DNA of 64,000 nucleotides from Lingula anatina (GCA_051362555.1 JBPQGU010000016.1:2604001-2668000), one strand, 5' to 3'. Counted from the first letter of the stretch, positions 34,503 through 48,621 are shown. Made by a program: numbers and translations. The notes: generated from the letters alone by a model not told the origin.

Positions 34503-37067
34503 ATGAAAAATTTTATAAAAAATTTAATAAATATAAAAATAAGTTATTTTAAAAAACAAATTTTATTTACCTTGTTAATGGTAATTATAATATTAATGTC
34601 AATTTTTTTTAGTGTTTTTTATTCTTTTGAAAGAGATAAAAAAATACTTTTGAATAATCAAGAACTTGATTATCAAAGAAAAAATAATTTTTCAAATCAA
34701 ATTAAAAAAATTTCTACTTTTTCTTCATTAATTTCTGAATCATCAATAACACCATATGATTTATATGAATATGATTTATTTGAAAATGATAAAAAAGATA
34801 TTTTTGATTTTGATGGAATATATGATTTAGTTAAACAAAATGATCCAATTGATTTAAATACATTTCAAGGTATTGAATTAAAAAAAATGAGATCTAATAA
34901 TTTTGTTAAAAAATTTAGAAATTTAAAAAAATATAAATCAATGATTGTTTTTTTAAAGGAAAATCCAGAATTAATTCAATTAATAAATGATGACATGTTT
35001 AGAGATTTTTATGCAATTTTGATAACTTCTAATGAAATGTCTAATACTTTTGTAAATTCTTTAGAAGATATATTTAAAAGATTTTTAGGTCAAAACAAAC
35101 AACAATTAATGTATACAACAAGAGATACAACTAGAACATTAAAATTAGTTAGTAATTTAACTGATTTTGTAAAAATATTGTTGTATAAAGAAGAAATTCC
35201 TGAAAGTATAAAAAATAAAAGATTATATAGATTATTAAAATTTAAATTAGAAATAGATAAATTTTTTAAATCTAAGGAACAAATTATAGAAACTGAAATT
35301 AAAGGAATGAAAAATTCTAAAAATAATATACCTTATCAAATGTGGGAAAGATTTCAAGATCCAAAAGATTCAACAAAAAATTTATTGTTACCTAGTTTTA
35401 AACAAGAAATTAAATTAAAAGAAAATATTGATTCAGAAGAGATTACTTATAAATATGATTGAGAAACAAAAGATGAAACAAATAATATTTTTTATCAATT
35501 AAAAGATGAAAATTCTTTTATAAATAGATATCCAGAAAAAATTTATAAATTAATATCAAAACAATTATTAGAAAATTCTTCAAAATTATTTTTATATTCA
35601 ATGTCTACATTGATTTTAGAAATTTCAGATATATTTACAAATATTATTAAATTTAAAGATAAAGTTTTAGATATTTCAGAAACAAGATTTAAAGGATTGT
35701 TATATTCATTGAAAACTTTTTTATTTTTATCAAAAAATGAAACATATGGTAATGAAATAAAACAAAATAAAAACTTAAATGACTTACTTAATAATATTAT
35801 TAATTTTTTTTATAAAATCGATAATGATAGTTGAGAATTTGGTATTTTTAAAAATAAAATAAAAAAAATTTTAGACTCAGAAAAAGAAATAACAAATCAA
35901 AAAAAATTAAAAGAAAATATTATTTTTAATATTTTATTTTCAAATCATGCAAATTCAATTTTAATTGATAAGATAATTTCAATATTTTTTAGTAAAAATA
36001 TATCTACTTTGTTAGAAGAAAATACACAAAAAATCAAAGCTTTTTTAGAAGGTTATGAAATTTCAAACAATAATTTTAAAAAGTTTTTTGAATTTTTTCT
36101 TTCAAAAAAAACAGAAATTAATCAAAAATTAGAAGATATTAGAGAAAAAGCAACAGATTTTTTATATTTTAATAATACAAAAACAGAAAATGAAATTAAT
36201 ATATATATTTTAAAATTAAAAGAATTTTTTGAAGAAATAATTGAATATTTAATTTTTTTAATAGAAAGTATTATAAATGATGAAAGTAAAGATATTTTTT
36301 CTTTAAAATGAATTTTAAATTTAATTGGTATTTTTTTTAAACAAGCAGGTATATTTAAAGATAATTTTATAGATAATATTATTTTTCCATTATTTAGAAC
36401 AATTACAAGTTTTAAAGATGATAAAAATATTTTAATTCAAAGTTTAAATTTTATAAAATGATTTTTTAGTGATATTATTTTTTCTAGACTTTTAAAAGTT
36501 AGACTATTATTAAAAGATAAATTAAATTGAACAAATCAAAAACTTTCATATTGTTATTTAAAAAGTTTAACTAGAGATAATTTTGATAAAAATGTAGAAT
36601 GTAAAAATGAAGAAATAGATGTTGAAAAACCAAATTTTGTTCTTGATGAAAATAAAGAATATAAAAAAGGAAGTCCTATTGAAAAAAATTCTCCATTAGC
36701 AAAAATAATTGATATTATTCATAAAAAAGAATTAAATCAAGAGTTTAATTTATTTTCTAATTTAGTTTCAAAAATTTTTTCTTTTTCTGGTAAAGTTATT
36801 CCAGGTGTTAAAAAATATATTGAAAATGAATTTTATGATAATTTTGAATTTTATATAGATGAAAAAAATTGAGAATTTGAAAATTTAGATAAAAAATGAG
36901 AAGAATATAAGAAAAATTTTAATGATGAAGATAAAGAATTTTATACTTTTAGTGTTTTAGGAAAGATTATAAAAAATAATATAATATTGTATTCATATAA
37001 TTTTATATATGAAATAGATCTTAAAAATGATATATTAAAGATTGTTAAAATGGAGAAATTAATATAA
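34503..37067 (+). CDS. N-terminally anchored helical hypothetical protein (854 aa)
   Basis: Fragments in frame through TGA; single TM. Confidence 0.8.
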
Positions 37068-38887
37068 TGAAATTATTTTTTTTAAATAAATTTAAAAATA
37101 AATTTAAATTATTATTTATCATTTTATTTATTATTTTAATAATTTTAGGAATATTTACAGGAATATTTGTATCAATAAAAAGTAATTTTAATAAAACAAA
37201 TTTAATAACTGAAAAAAAAATAAATTCAACTTTAAATTCAAATAATTTAATATTAAATCAAAATGAAAATACATTTTTTAATAATGAAAATACAAAACAA
37301 AATGATATTAATTTAATTATAGATGGTAATAATTTTAAAGAAGATTTAATTGATTTAAAAGGTCAAAGAATAAATAAAAAATATTTTAATTCTGATGAAG
37401 AAAAAACAATGGTTTTTAAAATAATGTTTGATATTTTAAAAAATCAAAAAGTAGAAGATTATTCTAATTTAGAAAATTTATTTGGATGATTTAAAACACA
37501 AAAAATTGAACTTAATGATAACTTTAAATTTAATTTTGAAATTAATAATTTTACTAATAATGATCAAAAATTAATTAAATGACTTATTACAAGTTTATTT
37601 ATAATTATTAATAAATTTATTAAAGATTCAATAGATGTAGATACATTACAAAATGAATTAAGATTTAAATTTGATGATATTGAAAAGTTAAAATCAAATG
37701 CTGAAAATTTTGTTATAGAACCATTAAACAATGTTTTTACAAATATTAAATTTATCTATAAATCAAATGAAAATGAGGATGGCACTTGTAATGATGAAAG
37801 TCAAAAAATAAATATTTTTGGTGAAAATCCATTAATTCCAAAAAACATACAAATACCTTTATTTGGTACATATTCAACTCAACAAAACAAAATTTGCATA
37901 CCAACAATTGGTATTGAAATGCGTGAAAAAATTGGATATAGTAATGTTTTAAAGTTTATTTATAGATTGATAAAATATTTGATTTTTAAAATAACTCCAA
38001 ACCCTGAATTAAATAAAAATATTGATTTTAAAAATGTTGTTAATTTAATAAATAATTATTATAAAAATAATAAAGAAAATGCAATAAATTTTTATAAATT
38101 TATTATTAAAGCAATATTAAAGAATTTTAGAATAAATTTTCAAATTGATAACGAAATATTTAATGAAAGTAAATTAATTGATTTTGTTATTAAAATAATT
38201 ATAAAATTACATGGAATAAAAATAAGTAGTTCACTACAAACTATGATTAAATATTTAACTCTTATTTTTATTTCAGATGAATTTATAACTTCAAAAATTA
38301 TGGAAGCAATAAAATTAGATTATTCAGTAATAGAAAATGGAATTAATGTCGATAAAGGTATAAATGTTAGAAATAAAGGTTTTGATTATATTGAAAAGTT
38401 TATATTTTTTACTGAAATTATAAATATTTTAGGCTTAAAAAATATGATTGAATATAAAACATTAGCTTTAAAATATGGTGATTTAAATGTAAGTTTAATT
38501 GAAAAAATAAAATGATTTTATGATGAGATGGTTAAAACAATTAATATTTGATTAGATTATGAATTAATTGATAATAAAAAAATTAATTTTATTAAAGAAT
38601 TATTATCTGAATTAAATATAGAAGACTTTTTTTTAAGATTAGAACAAACACAAAATAAAGAATTTAAATGAAATAAAATTATTACAAAAAATGCAAAATT
38701 ATTAAGATATTCAAGTAATTTAAAAATAGAAAATAAAAAACTTTTACTTATTCAATATCAAAATAAAATTGAAAATCAAAAATATTCAATTATTATTGAA
38801 AGAATTTCAAATAAAAATTATAAATTAATTTATTTTGCTACAAATCATTATCAAGATTTAATTGATTTATTTATTAAATCTTTATAA
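37067..38887 (+). CDS. N-terminally anchored helical hypothetical protein (606 aa)
   Basis: TAATG coupling; single TM; in frame through TGA. Confidence 0.8.
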
Positions 38888-38944
38888 AATTTTAAAATTA
38901 AATTATATTATTTAAATTAATATATAATATTAAAAATATAAAAT

Positions 38945-40027
38945 ATGAAAGAAAAAAATAATATTAATAACAAACCAACAGTTTTATTTGCTAATTTTGG
39001 AAGATTAGAAAAAAATTTATTTTTTCAATTAGATTTTAGTGAAAATTTTAATATTGTTGCAATTGTAACAAAATTTTCAGCAAAAGAAATAATTAAATTT
39101 TTAAAATATGATAGTAATCATGGAAAATCAACTACTGATAAATTTATTGTAGTTAATGATAAAAAAACAGGTGTACATATTGTTTATCAAGGTAAAACAA
39201 AGATGAATATTAAAATTTTACCTCCAAATTTATTTAACAAAACATTTGTTAAAAATAATTCAGTTGATATTATTGTTGATCTTTCTGAAAAAAAAGTTGA
39301 TGAAATTAAAAAATTAAGTAAATTAGAATCAAAAGTTGTAATTTTAAATAATAATAAACTTCATTTAAATAAAATTGGAAAAATTAATTGTTATGGATTA
39401 GAAAATAATGAAATTGATATTAAAAAAAATAATGTAATTAAAATTCCAAATATTGAAACAACAATAATGAAATTAATAGAAAATAATTTAAATTTAGATC
39501 TAAATCATATTAATTTTGATATTATTAAAGGACCAAAGACAAATATGGTAATGTTAGATTCAATTATTGATATAAAAGAAACTCCATTTGAATTTTCTCG
39601 TTCATTATTTAATAATATAATTCCATCTTTAGATTATGAAAATATTATTAATGAAATAGAAAATTTATCACAAAATAATGAAAACATTACATATTCTGGA
39701 GATGTTTCTTTAGTTCCTGTAACAACTGGCGCTTTAATGAATATAACTTTTTATAATAAAAAAAGTTATAATTTAACTGAATTTAATAAATTAATAAAAG
39801 AAAAGGTTAATGGATTGATTGGTTATTCAGAAGATGAATTAGTTTCACAAGATATAGTTTCTAGTGATTTTTATGGTGTTATAAATAAAAATTTAATAAA
39901 AATTGTTAATAAAAAAACAACATCTATTTTAAAAATTGGAATTTGATTTGATTATGAAACTTCATTTATAAAAAGTGTTTTTAAAACTATTCAATATATT
40001 GTAGGAACAATTGGATTTAATAAATAA
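38945..40027 (+). CDS. GAPDH-fold protein lacking catalytic residues (360 aa)
   Basis: FGR, LKYDSNHG, NIIPS, VPVTTG, GYSEDELVSQDI and WFDYE retained; no ASCTT. Confidence 0.85.
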
Positions 40028-40032
40028 AAAAA

Positions 40033-40359
40033 ATGGTTAAATTAAGATTAAGAAGAACTGGAAAAAAACATTCACCATCATATCAAATTGTTGCAATTGA
40101 TAGTAGAAGAGCTAGAGATGCAATTTTTTTGGAAAAAGTTGGTCATTATTTTCCATTAGAAAATAAAGTTGATATAAAAAGAGAATCTGTTTTAAAGTGA
40201 TTAGAAAATGGTGCACAACCAACAGAAACTGTAAGATCTATTTTAAAAAAACAAAAAATTATTAAAGAATTTACAGAAAAAAAACAAGAAATATTAAAAC
40301 AAAAAAAAATCACAAAAAATAAAATAAAAGAAAATAAAAAAGATATTGAAAAACAATAA
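40033..40359 (+). CDS. rpsP: 30S ribosomal protein S16
   Basis: MVKLRLRRTGKK...WLENGAQPTETV. Confidence 0.96.
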
Positions 40360-40378
40360 AATTTTTATTATTTAAATA

Positions 40379-40630
40379 ATGTATGACAAATTTGTAAAAA
40401 AAATAATTGATAATATTTTTGGCAAAGATAATTCAATATATGTTATTCAATCAGAATTGTTAAAAAGTGATTTTGAAAAAAAAGTCATACAAATTGTAAT
40501 TTCACCTGGTAAAAAATATTTATCTAGAGTTGTTGGAAAAAATGGTGAGACAATAAATACAATTAGCAATTTGGTTAAAATTAAAGGTTATTTAAATAAT
40601 TGTCAAATAATTATAGATATTGCAAAATAA
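40379..40630 (+). CDS. khpA: KH-domain RNA-binding protein
   Basis: RVVGKNGETI; between rpsP and rimM. Confidence 0.8.
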   Translation: MYDKFVKKIIDNIFGKDNSIYVIQSELLKSDFEKKVIQIVISPGKKYLSRVVGKNGETINTISNLVKIKGYLNNCQIIIDIAK

Positions 40631-41126
40631 AAAATTATTAAAAATAGGAAAAATAATTAGATTCCATGGTTTAAATGGTTTTATTGTTTTTGAAAAATTT
40701 TCATGAATTGGAAAATTTGTTTTACCAATAGGAATTAAGATTTTTATTAAAAAGTATAATATTTTTGTTGAAATAGAAAAGTATTTTTTTAAAAAAAATA
40801 GACAAATAATTAAATTTAAAGAATTTAATAGTTTAAATGAAGTAAAAAAATTAAAAGATTTATTTTTAGAAATAACATCTAAACAATTTGAAGAAATATC
40901 AAAATTACCTTATTTACCAAATTTAATTGGATATGATTGTAATTTTGAAAGTGAAAATATAGGAAATATAATAGATTTTTTTTCAACAATTTCAAATCCT
41001 ATTATAGAAATTAAAAGTAAAAATAAAAAAATTTTAGTACCATTTGTAAAGTTATATATTAAATATGTAAATAAAGAAACAAAAACTTTATTTTTAACAA
41101 AAAAATTTAAAGAATTAATGTTTTAA
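40620..41126 (+). CDS. rimM: 16S rRNA processing protein RimM (TTG start)
   Basis: IGKIIRFHGLNG, LIGYD, ILVPFV; synteny. Confidence 0.88.
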
Positions 41127-41155
41127 ATAAAAAAAGTTAAAATAAATTTATTATT

Positions 41156-41887
41156 ATGAAAAAATTAAATTTTTATTTTTTATCTATTTTTCCAGATTTA
41201 TTTGAAGTTTTTATGAATCATTCAATTGTTAAAAGAGCAATTAAAAATGAATATATAAGTGTTAATTTAATAAATTTACGAGATTTTAGTATTGATAAAC
41301 ATAAAACAGTTGATGATTTTCAATTTGGTGGAGGAAATGGTATGGTTCTTATGGTTGAACCAATATATAAAGTGATACAAAAGTTAAAAACAGATAAAAA
41401 TGGAAATTTAATAACTATTTTATTAACACCACAAGGTAATATATGAAATCAAAATCAAGCAAAAAAAATACTTGAAAACAAAAACAACAATATTTTATTA
41501 ATTTCTGGTAATTATGAAGGTTTTGATGAAAGAATACGTGATTTTGTAGATTTTGAAATATCAATTGGAGATTATATTTTAACTGGTGGAGAATTATCTT
41601 CTTTAGTTGTTTTTAATACATTAATAAGATTAGTTCCAAAAGTTATTAAAAATTTATCAAAAGAAAATGATTCTTTTACAATTGATGGTAGATTAGATTT
41701 TCCTGTATATACAAAACCAAGAAATTTTTTGGGTAAAAAAGTACCAGAAGTATTATTATCTGGACATCATAAAAATATAGAAAAATGAAGAAAAATTCAA
41801 TCTATAAAAAAAACAATTAAAAAAAGACCTGATTTAATTAAAAAATTTCCATTATTAAAAGAAGAAAAAGATTTAATTAATAAATAA
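41156..41887 (+). CDS. trmD: tRNA (guanine37-N1)-methyltransferase
   Basis: VDD..FGGG.GM, YEGFDER, SIGDYILTGGE. Confidence 0.96.
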
Positions 41888-41898
41888 AATATTTTTTA

Positions 41899-42297
41899 TT
41901 AATTAAATTTTTTTGTTTTAAATGAAAATGGCATTAATTTTTTTATATTCGTTTCAATAATTTCATCTTTACCATTTATTAATAAAACTTTAGTTTCTAA
42001 ATTAGCTAATTCAACCATTATTTGTCTACAATTACCACATGGTGAAATAAAATTACTTGAATTATAAATAAGTATTTTTTTTATATCTTTTGCTTTTTTG
42101 CCAGATATATTAAATGCTGAAAAAGCAACTACTTCAGCACATATTGAAGAAGGAAAAGCAGAATTTTCAATATTATGTCCTAAAAATATTGAATTATCCT
42201 TTGTTTCTATTAAACAACCAACTTTAAAATTTGAAAAAGGACAATATGCTGTTTCTGCAATTTTTTTAATTTGTTTAATTAATTCTTTTATTTCCAT
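41899..42297 (-). CDS. cdd: Cytidine deaminase
   Basis: AYCPFSNFKVG, NIEN, CAE, PCGNCRQ. Confidence 0.95.
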   Translation of the reverse strand: MEIKELIKQIKKIAETAYCPFSNFKVGCLIETKDNSIFLGHNIENSAFPSSICAEVVAFSAFNISGKKAKDIKKILIYNSSNFISPCGNCRQIMVELANLETKVLLINGKDEIIETNIKKLMPFSFKTKKFN

Positions 42298-42324
42298 TAA
42301 AATATATTTTATAACAATTAATAT

Positions 42325-42741
42325 ATGAAAACAAATAATATAAAAACTGAAATTTTAATTTTAAAAAAAAATTATAATGAATTAATTTTGATTTTAGAAA
42401 ATTTATTTTATTTATTAAATAATACAAAAATTATAGAAAATAAAAAAATTTCTTATTCTTTTTATATATTTTTAAATCAATATTGATATTTAATACAAAA
42501 TGATACATTAATTAATTTATTAAAAGAAATAAAAAAAATAGATATTTTAGAATTTTCTTTTTTAAAAATAGATTTGTATAAAAAAGAAAATGAATGAAAT
42601 AAAAATTTAAAAAATATTAATTTTTCTAAAAAAAATATTTTTTTAATGGTTAAAAATTTAAAAGTTGATAAATATAATAAAAATAAAAAATTAATAAAAT
42701 TATGAGAAAAAGAAATTATTAATTTAAGTATAAAAAGTTAA
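42325..42741 (+). CDS. Hypothetical protein (138 aa)
   Basis: Open frame in code 4; no motif recognised. Confidence 0.55.
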
Positions 42742-42745
42742 TTTA

Positions 42746-42821
42746 TGGTGACCCGTAGGAGACTCGAACTCCTGAATGCTGGTGTGAAAAACCAGTGTGT
42801 TAACCACTTCACCAACGGGCC
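42746..42821 (-). tRNA. tRNA-Glu(TTC)
   Basis: Cloverleaf GGCCCGT...CTGGT-TTTTCAC-ACCAG...TTCGAG...CCA. Confidence 0.95.
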
Positions 42822-42830
42822 ATTTAAAAA

Positions 42831-42906
42831 TGGCGCCCAATACAAGATTCGAACTTGTGACCTTTTCCTTAACAGGGAACCGCTCTAACCACTGAGCTAA
42901 TTGGGC
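42831..42906 (-). tRNA. tRNA-Asn(GTT)
   Basis: GCCCAAT...loop CTGTTAA...TTCGAA...G-CCA. Confidence 0.95.
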
Positions 42907-43029
42907 ATTTAAATAATATTATAATTGATAAATTGAAATAAATAAAAAATTATTAAAATAATTTAATTTAATATTATTTTATTTGATTATAATATTTAAT
43001 ATATAATTTATGGGGTTTAAAATATAATA

Positions 43030-44523
43030 ATGAAATTTATAAATAATAATAAGCTATTTTGTTTGTATAAAAATGAATGTAAATGTAAAGATAATGAGTC
43101 AGTATTTAAGTTTCATCAATTTGGTGAATATATATTAAATAATAATGGAATTAAACATCTATTTATATATGGACCTGATGGTACTGGTAAGACAAGTTTA
43201 GTTGATCAATTAAAAAATGTTGATGGAAAATATTTTGAAAATAATAATAATGTTAAATTTTTTTATTTTGATAGAAAATTTGTAAATAATTTTATAATAA
43301 ATGACAAAATTATAGAATATATAAGTAAAGAATTATTTTTAATAAATAAAAATTTTGATTTAAATTATTTTGAAAAAACAAAAGATTTTAAAAATTTAGA
43401 TAGTATTGGACAAAAGAAAATGTTAGCATTATTTTCATTTTTTATTTCATTAAAAGAATATTTTTATAATGATAAAACAGATGTTAAATACATTATTGTT
43501 TTAGATGATGTAAGTGATTATTTAGATTATTTTGACAATTTTTTGATTGATTTTTTTATTTTTGAATTTATTAAAAAATTTGGATTAAATAAAAAAATAC
43601 ATTCAACATTAATGCTTTCACATAAAATATCATTTTTAAATTTTTTTATAAATGAAGATGGTAACAGAAATGATAGTCGATTATTTAGAATTTTTAATGA
43701 TAGTAAAAGATTTTTAATTGAATTAAGAATTGAAGATTTAGTTCAAACTGATTATTTATTATTTTCAAAATTAGTTAATAATACTTTTTTTTCAGAAAAT
43801 AAAATATCTAAATTTGAAAGAAATATTAATTATGTTTTATTTTGATCATTATCAAGAAAAGTTATTGAAAGTATTTTGACATCAATTATAAATATAAAAA
43901 ATCAAAGTAGTATTAATGTACATAGAAGAGGTTCTTTTTCACAATTTTATAAATATATAGATTTTTTATATTTAAATGAATCAGATGAAAAAAAACAAAA
44001 ATTAATTCATTTTTTAAAAGTTTGAAAATTTATTCAAAAAACAATTATTGAAGATAATGTTACAAAATGAGTATTTAAATTTAAAGATATAAAAAATATT
44101 TTAGAAATTTTTCAAGATTTTTTTTATAAATTAAAATTTTTAGATGAAGAACAAAATAATTTGTGAAATCAAAAAATTAAAAGTTTTGATTTATCAATTG
44201 AAGAATTTGAAATAACAGAAAATGAATTTAAGAGTTGATTAGAAAATAATTATCAAAATTTAAAAATGAATAGTGATAATGGTGTTTTACAAAATCTTGA
44301 ATATGAAAAATATTTTTTAGTTAATTATTCATATACAATTTTAAAATTATTATTAAAAGAATATCCTCATGGTAATAATTTTTCAAAATTTCATCATTCA
44401 AATCATGAAGAAGAACACAAAGCTTTTATTTTAATAAGACATGCTGGAAATAATCTTTTTCCATATATTTTTAATTATAATAAAGAATTTTTTGATAATT
44501 TATTAAAAATAATAAGTAAATAA
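43030..44523 (+). CDS. ABC/SMC-type ATPase with C-terminal extension (497 aa); PrrC/RloC-like architecture
   Basis: GPDGTGKT, SIGQKK, IIVLDDVSDYLD, LSH; in frame through TGA. Confidence 0.7.
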
Positions 44524-44545
44524 TTTTTAATGAATTGATTTATAA

Positions 44546-46297
44546 ATGAATTTAGAGTTCAATAAATTTAATAAAGAAATAAATGAAAAAGTAGATATTT
44601 TTGATGTTATCAAAGAATATTTAATATTAAATAAAAAAGGGAAAGATTTTATAGCACTTTGTCCATTTCATAAAGATAATAATCCTTCTTTAGTTGTATC
44701 AACTAAAAAACAAATTTTTAAGTGTTTTTCTTGCGGAACTGGTGGAACAGCAATAAAATTTGTTGTTTTATTTGAAAATGTTTCATTTTTAAATGCATAT
44801 AAAATTATTGCAAAAAAATTTAATTTAAAAATTGATGAAGAATTCATTAATAAAAATAAAATTAATCAAGATCAAAATAAAAAATTAGAAATATTAGAAG
44901 AATTACAAAATTTTTATAGAATGAAAATTTTAAATCCAACAAAAGAATTAAATCAATTTTTAATTAAAAGAAAAATTAACATAGAAATTATAGAAAAATA
45001 CAATTTAGGTTTTGCACCAAAAAATGGTTTAGAATCAATAAATTTTTTATTGAAAAAAGGTTTTAATGAAAAAGAATTATTAAAAACAGAATTATTTAAT
45101 TTTAATTTTAAACATGAATTAATTGATTATTTTAAGGATCGTTTATTGTTTCCATTAACAAATTATGAAAATGTTTTGGTTGGTTTTTCAGGAAGAACAA
45201 TTTATAATTTAAAAACAATTTCAAAATTTATAGTTTCACGTGATTCAGATGTTTTTAATAAAAAAGAAATTTTATTTAATTTAATAAATATAAGAAATAA
45301 TTTTAAAAATGTTCAAACAATTTATTTAACTGAAGGTTTTTTAGATGCAATTAGATTAACAGAATTAGGTTATCCAACAGTTTCAACTTTAGGTGTTGAG
45401 TTATTTTCTGAACAAATTGGTTTAATAAAAGAATCATTTAAAAAAGTAATCATTGTTCCAGATGGTGATTTTGCAGGTAGAAAATCAACTATTAATAATT
45501 CTTTAAAGTTATATGATTTTAAAATTAAAACATTAATTTTTGATCATAAAACAAATTTAGATCCTGATAAATTATTTTTAAGTAACCCAAATATTTTAAA
45601 AGAAAAAGAAAATCAAATAATAGAACCAATTCAATTTTTGATAAATCAATATGAAAGTGGATTTTCTAAAGAAAAACAAGATGAATTTATTAAAATTTTA
45701 ATAAAGTTTTTTTTGTATTTATCAGAAATAGAAAGAGAATATTGATTAAAAAAAGTAGAATTAAAATTTAATATTTCTTATAAATTGTTTAAAAAAGAAT
45801 TAGAAAAATTAAATATTAAAATTAAAAAACAATCTGAATTAGTTAATAAAACACAAAATAATATATTAAATAATGAAGAAATTTTATTATCTTTTTTATT
45901 ATTTTTTAAAGAAGTTAGAGAAAAATTTAATTATTTAAATTTTAGATTTAAAAGTAAAGAAAATGAAGAAATAAAAGATTTTATTTTTGATTTTTATCAA
46001 AATAATTTATTATTAGACAAAGAAAAAATATTAGAAAAAATAGAAAAATTAAAAATTAATAAAAATAAAATAAAAATTTTATTAGATAATTTTTTTATTA
46101 AAACAACATTAAATTTTGATAAATTAAAAAAATATCAAACTTTTAATGAATTGTTTAATAAGTGTAAAAATTTAGAAATTGATAATAAAATTAAAAAAAT
46201 AAAGAAAATAATGAAAACATCAAATGATTCAAATTTATTTTTAAAATACAGAAAACTATTAAAAGATAAAAAAAATATAGTATTTTTTAAAATTTAA
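44546..46297 (+). CDS. dnaG: DNA primase
   Basis: CPFH..CFSC Zn finger, GFSGR, EGFLD, DGDFAG. Confidence 0.95.
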
Positions 46298-46310
46298 TTA
46301 GATAAATATT

Positions 46311-47990
46311 TTAATTTATTATTTTTTTTAGTTTATCAAAAATAACAACCATTGCAAGACTGTCTAAACCACAGTATTTTTTTAAATTATTTGTTATTTT
46401 TTTTTCTCATTCTTCTTGTGAAATTAAATTATTTATATAATTATAATATTTTGATAATGCTTGATCACCACTTTGAATTTTTAGATTTTTATATGAAAAG
46501 GTAGGATCTAAACTAGGTAAAACATATTTAATTGATAATGAACCCATAAAATCTTTAAAATAAATATTAAAATTACTAAAAAAATCTTTTAAATCAACAA
46601 TATTAAAAATTATTGTTTCTAATATATTTTTTTCTTTTTTTGTTAATAAATTTGCATCATTTTCAAGAATTTTTTTTATAATTTGTTTTTCAAATGGTAT
46701 ATGATATGCAACATATGTACCAAAATCATATTCTTTAATATATTTTATAAAATGTTTTATAAATTCTATTTTGGGATTTTTTTTAGAATTTATAATAAAT
46801 TCTTTATGTATTATATTTTTTTTTGTTTTTAAATCATAGTTTTTATTTAAAAGAATATGTATTGAAAATTGAAATGGTATTTGTTGATAAACATTTGAAT
46901 TTTCAAAAATAGGTATAGCAATTGGACATGTTTCAAAATCAAAAAAATAAATAGGATATTTATATTTTTTTAATTCATTTTTGGCTATTTCTATATTTTC
47001 AATTTCTGGTGCATTATTTTTTACAATATCAATTTGTCTTAAATGTTTTTGATTAATTATTTTTGAGTATTTTGTATAATTAAAGTTATTTAAATTAATA
47101 TCTTTAAAATTATTTTCTGATAATATTTTCCCTTTATTTATTCTTTTCATTCTGTAAAGTTGTGTTATATTATGCATTGGTAATGGTTTTTTTATTAAAT
47201 ATGTACAAAAATTATTTTTTTCTTCTTGACAAAATGAATTATTTTCTATTTTTTCTTTAATATCTTCTCATGAATAATTTAATCATTTTTCAACATCAAT
47301 AAGATCGCCTTGTATATTTTTATTAAGAAATTTATCAAAATTAAAAATATCATTTATTTTTATTAATTCATTTAAATTTAATTGTTTTTTATAAATATAA
47401 TCAGAATTTAAATGTACTATATAACAATTTTTAATTTTAATATTTAATTTATTTAATAATCATTTTTGATATAAAAGATCATTTATTAAATCTTTTTTAT
47501 CAGTTTTAATTCCGCTGTTACCTTTACCTTTTATTTCATAAATATCAAAAGAATTATCTTTATTACGTTTTAAAAGGTCACATTCAGTAATATAATTATT
47601 AAATTTAAATGTTGGATGATAAAAAACACTATATTTTTTATCATTTAATAATTTTTTTGTTTTTTTAATTGGAATTGAAAATCTATTTTTTATTATTTCA
47701 AAATTAAATGAAGAATATAAATTTGAAAAATGTTTTTTTACAGTTTTTTCAAAATTTATTCCATTAATTATTCTTATTTCAAGTTCTGAATTTACTTTTT
47801 GTTTTATTTTTGAATTATATTTAAAATTAGATTCAAATTTTTTTTGTTCTTCTTTATCTAAAAATAATATATTTTTTTTACATCATTTTTTTACTTCTTC
47901 ATTTGATCGATTTCTCATCAATCACATTAATTTTGGACATTTTTTAAATGATTTAAAATCTGATTTACGTATATTGAAATTATTATTCAT
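46311..47990 (-). CDS. DUF2779-type nuclease-like protein (559 aa)
   Basis: KSDF...CPKLMWL, CDLL...YEIK, YFFDFET, QQIPFQFSIH, SLSIKYVLP, YCGLDSLAM. Confidence 0.85.
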
Positions 47991-48621
47991 CACGTTTTTT
48001 AATTTCAGGTCTAAATATATCTTTTGTTTTTTGTTCTTTTTTATTTATATTTTTATGTCTTAATTCTTGTTCTTTTTTTCAATTTTTTATTTTTTCAAAT
48101 TGTTCTTTTTTATATTTATTTCTTTCTTTTAAGTTTTTAATTTTAAAAGATCTTAAATAAATTTTTCATTTAGTATTTGGTGTTTTTTCTATTAATTCTA
48201 AATGTTTATCATAATCATCAAACTCTTTGTTTATAAATCATTTTACTTCATAATCTTTATTGGATTTTTTTTTATCTATATATGTTGCAACACCTTCAAT
48301 TTCAAAAGCATATTTTTTTATAATTTTATTTTTTTTATTATTTTTTACTTCAACAAAAACATCAAACACATCTCTATATTTATATATTTTTCCATATCTT
48401 GATAAAACTTTTACAAAATGAACAGAAACATTTTTTAATTTTTTATTTTCTAATAAATATTTTTTTATTTCTTTTTTTACTTCAAGTTCACGTTTATTTT
48501 GTTCTTGTTTTTCTTTTTTCTTTTTTTTAAATCCACTATAAGCAATAAAAATAACAATTCCTATTATTATTATTAAAAATATTCAAGATGTACCAGAACC
48601 ACCACTTAAAAAATCAAACAT
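47983..48621 (-). CDS. Single-TM hypothetical protein (212 aa)
   Basis: Open frame in code 4; overlaps the next start. Confidence 0.75.
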
